From an uncultured Gemmatimonadales bacterium (GTDB lineage Bacteria; Gemmatimonadota; Gemmatimonadetes; Gemmatimonadales; Gemmatimonadaceae), in NCBI GenBank assembly GCA_963850905.1, contig CAWKMU010000004.1, positions 384,001-448,000 of the forward strand: a stretch of DNA of 64,000 nucleotides, in the 5' to 3' direction. Below the pieces are notes generated by a model, which did not search any database, was not told the origin of the DNA, and saw nothing but the letters and a program-made list of their open reading frames with translations. This document shows positions 60,772 through 64,000 of the stretch, piece after piece. A program made the position numbers and the translations under genes. Numbering within the stretch: the first letter of the stretch is position 1; every line of letters begins with the position of its first letter.

Positions 60772-61031
60772 CACGGAACGCGACGTGCAGCGCACACACG
60801 CAATGCAGCATATCGCGACATCGCACATCGGTCGCAATGCACTTCGAGTCACGAATCGCTCCCAATGGTACCAAAGTCCAGTGGCGCTGATGTGTCGTCG
60901 ACTTCTATGGTAGGCGAGACAGTCGGATCGCGAAGACGTGGGAACACCGCGCAACCGCAGCGAGAGGGCGGTCTGCCGCGTCGCAGGGGCCTGCTTCGAG
61001 GCGCCGACGAGCATGGACTGGACAAGCCAGA

Positions 61032-61841
61032 ATGCCTCGTGACGACACGCGCGTGTGGCGCCGAATCCTCGCCGACTCCATCGGGACCTTCTGCCTCGTC
61101 TTCATATCCGCTGGCGCCACCATCGTCGGCGCATCGACCGGGGGCGTCCTCAGTCTGGCCGGCATCGCCTTGGCACTCGCCTTTGTGATTGTCGCCCTCT
61201 TCCACACAGCCGGCCATTCGAACGGCACATCCCACGGTTCGGTGCATGGAAGTTTTCGGTCGACTCGCCGGGCCTCGTCACTCGCCGTGCCATCCTACGT
61301 CGTTGCCCAGTGTGCCGCTTCTATCGTGGCCACGGTTCTCCTCCGGGTGCTGGTCGGGCCGGCGGCGAGAATTGGAGTCATCCCGTGGTCGGCGATGCTA
61401 CCCGTCACCGACGCGATGGCGTTGGGAGTAGAGTCTTCACTGGCATTCATGCTGACATTCGTGCTGCTCGCGCTCGCGGCCGACGGACGTGTATCCCAGC
61501 GGTTCGCCCCCGTTGCGGTCGGTTTGACCGTCGGCTTTTGCGTCCTCACTAGCGGGTTATTGCCCAGCCCCTCCTTCGCTCCGCCGCAGGCCGGCGGCCT
61601 GGTCATCGTCGGTGCCAGCAGCTCGCACTGGATCTATTGGATTGCCCCGATCGTAGCGATGGTGGCCGGGTCCCGAAGCCACGACGCCCTCCGGGGCGCA
61701 GCCGCTCCGCGATACGCGCCGCGCGAAATGCGCGGGACGGACCGGCCCACCAGCAACGTGGTTGATGATGTGCGTCGTACACACGCATTAGGTCCTCGGC
61801 ACCGCAGCCACCGCGCGCACACAGTGATACGCCCGGCGTAA
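61032..61841 (+). CDS. Divergent MIP/aquaporin-like membrane protein lacking NPA motifs
   Basis: IGTFCLVF, YVVAQ, E..LAFMLTFV, VGLTV, HWIYWIAPIV. Confidence 0.7.
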   Translation: MPRDDTRVWRRILADSIGTFCLVFISAGATIVGASTGGVLSLAGIALALAFVIVALFHTAGHSNGTSHGSVHGSFRSTRRASSLAVPSYVVAQCAASIVATVLLRVLVGPAARIGVIPWSAMLPVTDAMALGVESSLAFMLTFVLLALAADGRVSQRFAPVAVGLTVGFCVLTSGLLPSPSFAPPQAGGLVIVGASSSHWIYWIAPIVAMVAGSRSHDALRGAAAPRYAPREMRGTDRPTSNVVDDVRRTHALGPRHRSHRAHTVIRPA

Positions 61842-61852
61842 TGCGTCGCGAG

Positions 61853-61877
61853 GTGTGGGCGACGCATGCGTCGCCCT
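61853..61877 (+). repeat. REP variant
   Basis: GTGTGGGCGACGCATGCGTCGCCCT. Confidence 0.75.
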
Positions 61878-62213
61878 GCGCGCGCCGGCACGACCGTGTA
61901 GGAACATGAAGGCCGGAGAATCTCGCGTGGCGTGTCGTACAGGACGTTTCGACCCATGGCCCCCACAGACCTGCCAGCAGTGAATCGGTCGGAGACTACG
62001 CCGCTCGTGCGACTTCGCACAGTCACAGTGGTCGATCCTGACACTGCAGTCAGAATGGAGTGTGTCCGAGATCGTCGCCTTCGCGTTGCCAGGCGCCCCC
62101 CGCGCGACATGCCTCGTGTTCTCGGCGGACGGCGTGGCCCGCCGGATCTGGAACTATCCAGCCAACTGGGCCGATCTCCACGCGCGGGAATTGATCAAAC
62201 TCAGCTGGCAGAC

Positions 62214-63731
62214 CTAACGGGCACTCGTCGGGTGCGCCTCTGATGCCCCCCAAAGCGTCGCCGACTCCGTCGAGCTCGGGTAGTCACGAGGCAACACGAG
62301 AGTAAAGACGGAACCCTCACCCGGCGTGCTGCGGGCGACCACATCGCCGCCCATCGCGCGCGCAAGCTGCCGGCTGATCGCCAGCCCAAGCCCCACACCT
62401 CTGTGCTCGCTGTCCAGCGTGCGCCCCACTTGGACAAACGGCTCGAAGATGTGCTCGAGCTGGTCCGGTTCGATGCCGCGCCCCGTGTCCCGCACCTCGA
62501 TGTCGACCGCATCGTTCGCGCTCGGTGCAATGACGATGCGTCCGCCGGATGGCGTGAACTTGACAGCGTTCGTGAGCAGATTGAGCAGGATCTGCAGCAC
62601 CTTGTCCCGATCTGCCCGGGCAGCCAGCGCCCCATCGCCCGACAAGGATTCGAGTGATACCTGCTTGCTCAACGCATGAGGCTCGACCATCCCACTTGCG
62701 GCCGCGATGACCTCGCCCACCAGCATGGGTCCGGCGGAGACCTCGATCGGTGAGGCTTCGTTGCTGGCGAACCTGAACATGTCGTTGATGAGCGACAGGA
62801 GGTGGGTGGCCGCGCGATGAATGCGCTCGATGTCGGTCGTTTGGACCGGGCTGAGCGCGCCGCGCACCCCGGCGGCTAATAAATCGGTGTAGCCGATGAT
62901 GGCGTTGAGCGGTGTGCGGAGCTCGTGACTCATGGTCCGAAGAAATGCCAGCTTGGACTGGTTGGCGTCCTCCGCGCTACGCCTCGCCGACTCTGCCGAT
63001 TCGCGTAGGGCGTCCAGCGTCGCAGCGTGCTTACGCAGCAAGTCACGCTGTCTCGCCAAGGCGGCCTGCGCTGCAATGTGTGCGTCCAATTCGCGCAGGA
63101 ATCGCATGTGCGCGATCATCGCGAAGGTCACCGCGATGAGCGTCCCCAGCAGAACGGATGCGTTGACCAGTCGCTGCTGGTGCTGTGCCGCCAATAGACG
63201 CGTGTTAAACACGGGCAAGAAGAGATTCTTGAGCGATGCCGCTGCAACCCGCGCCTGTGTCAGCTCCCCGTCGGCACGCATCTCAGCATCCCGCAGGACC
63301 GTCGAAGCGCCGGATCGTCGAAGCGTCACGGCTGTATTGCAGGCGGCCAGGGTCGCCGTCGTGGAGCGAGTCAACGTATCGAGCCAGGCCATTGCGACAG
63401 GCAGGCCGCTAAGCGCCTTACGCACTTCGTCCCTGGCGTGGGTGACGGCCGCGACCGCGGTGGTCATCTCACCCGTCCACGTGCTCGTATCCGGCTCGAT
63501 GAAGCCGCTGACCGCGTCACGGGCCGTGGAGGCGCCACCGACTGCATCATCAATGGCCATTTCTGCATCGGACGTCAATCGAACGAGCGCTTCACGGCGA
63601 AAGGCTTCCCTGACGCTTTCGAACCAGAGACTGGCAAACACCGCGACGATCATCGGTCCGGCAATACCGAGTATCCATCGATCGCGCCGGCTGAGCCACT
63701 TCTTGTGCGGAGTCGTGCGTCGCATCGCCAT
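62214..63731 (-). CDS. Membrane sensor histidine kinase with extracytoplasmic helical domain
   Basis: Two TMs; MSHELRTPLNAI, NAVKFT, DTGRGI, GVGLGL. Confidence 0.92.
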   Translation of the reverse strand: MAMRRTTPHKKWLSRRDRWILGIAGPMIVAVFASLWFESVREAFRREALVRLTSDAEMAIDDAVGGASTARDAVSGFIEPDTSTWTGEMTTAVAAVTHARDEVRKALSGLPVAMAWLDTLTRSTTATLAACNTAVTLRRSGASTVLRDAEMRADGELTQARVAAASLKNLFLPVFNTRLLAAQHQQRLVNASVLLGTLIAVTFAMIAHMRFLRELDAHIAAQAALARQRDLLRKHAATLDALRESAESARRSAEDANQSKLAFLRTMSHELRTPLNAIIGYTDLLAAGVRGALSPVQTTDIERIHRAATHLLSLINDMFRFASNEASPIEVSAGPMLVGEVIAAASGMVEPHALSKQVSLESLSGDGALAARADRDKVLQILLNLLTNAVKFTPSGGRIVIAPSANDAVDIEVRDTGRGIEPDQLEHIFEPFVQVGRTLDSEHRGVGLGLAISRQLARAMGGDVVARSTPGEGSVFTLVLPRDYPSSTESATLWGASEAHPTSAR

Positions 63732-64000
63732 GCCACCAATGACACGGGCCCTATCGAGACGACGTACGCGGTCGCGCTGACGGGCGCGGTTCAGGACCCC
63801 GCGATACCGGACGCGCCGAGCGCCGCCATACGTCACCCCGGACTTCGGCTGCACACGTGTCGAGTAGCCTCGGTCACGAGTGAGCCTGTGAGTTCCTTGA
63901 GCAGGATCTCCGCGCGCGTGCCAAGCGCCTAGTGGCTGTTGGTCGACAGGGCGCGCGCGAGTGCGTCACTGTCTCACCGCCGCTGCGGCCAAAGCTCGAG

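Noticed and set aside
61932..62243. 103-aa ORF
   Set aside because: No recognisable motif or RBS; overlaps the kinase 3' end
1..64000. Prophage, integrase, transposase or defence system
   Set aside because: No such protein motifs recognised in any ORF

Overview
High-GC bacterial chromosomal segment with about 55 coding regions. The gene content suggests Gemmatimonadota or a similar soil lineage (inference): a Hanks-type Ser/Thr kinase, a SusC/SusD pair, PadR plus an ADOP-type permease remnant, and carboxypeptidase-regulatory-like domain proteins. I found no rRNA, tRNA, CRISPR-cas or intact transposase. Main blocks: a three-gene phospholipid cassette (1.6-3.6 kb); secreted hydrolases and TonB-dependent receptors (4.7-29 kb); a BlaI / M56-HEAT / secreted HEAT locus with three palindromic operators (31.9-36 kb); stress and detoxification genes (40-45 kb); and a FixL/FixJ-like two-component island with envelope genes (45-64 kb). 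Non-coding structure is rich. About 14 copies of a palindromic RGAC-CWWG-GTCY box, with DosR-box-like geometry, lie upstream of envelope and signalling genes. About 20 GTAG-type REP hairpins all lie on the + strand. Several inverted-repeat elements have arms built from 7-bp tandem repeats. Four genes carry small-insertion frameshifts that may be sequencing errors. All motif counts were made by eye.
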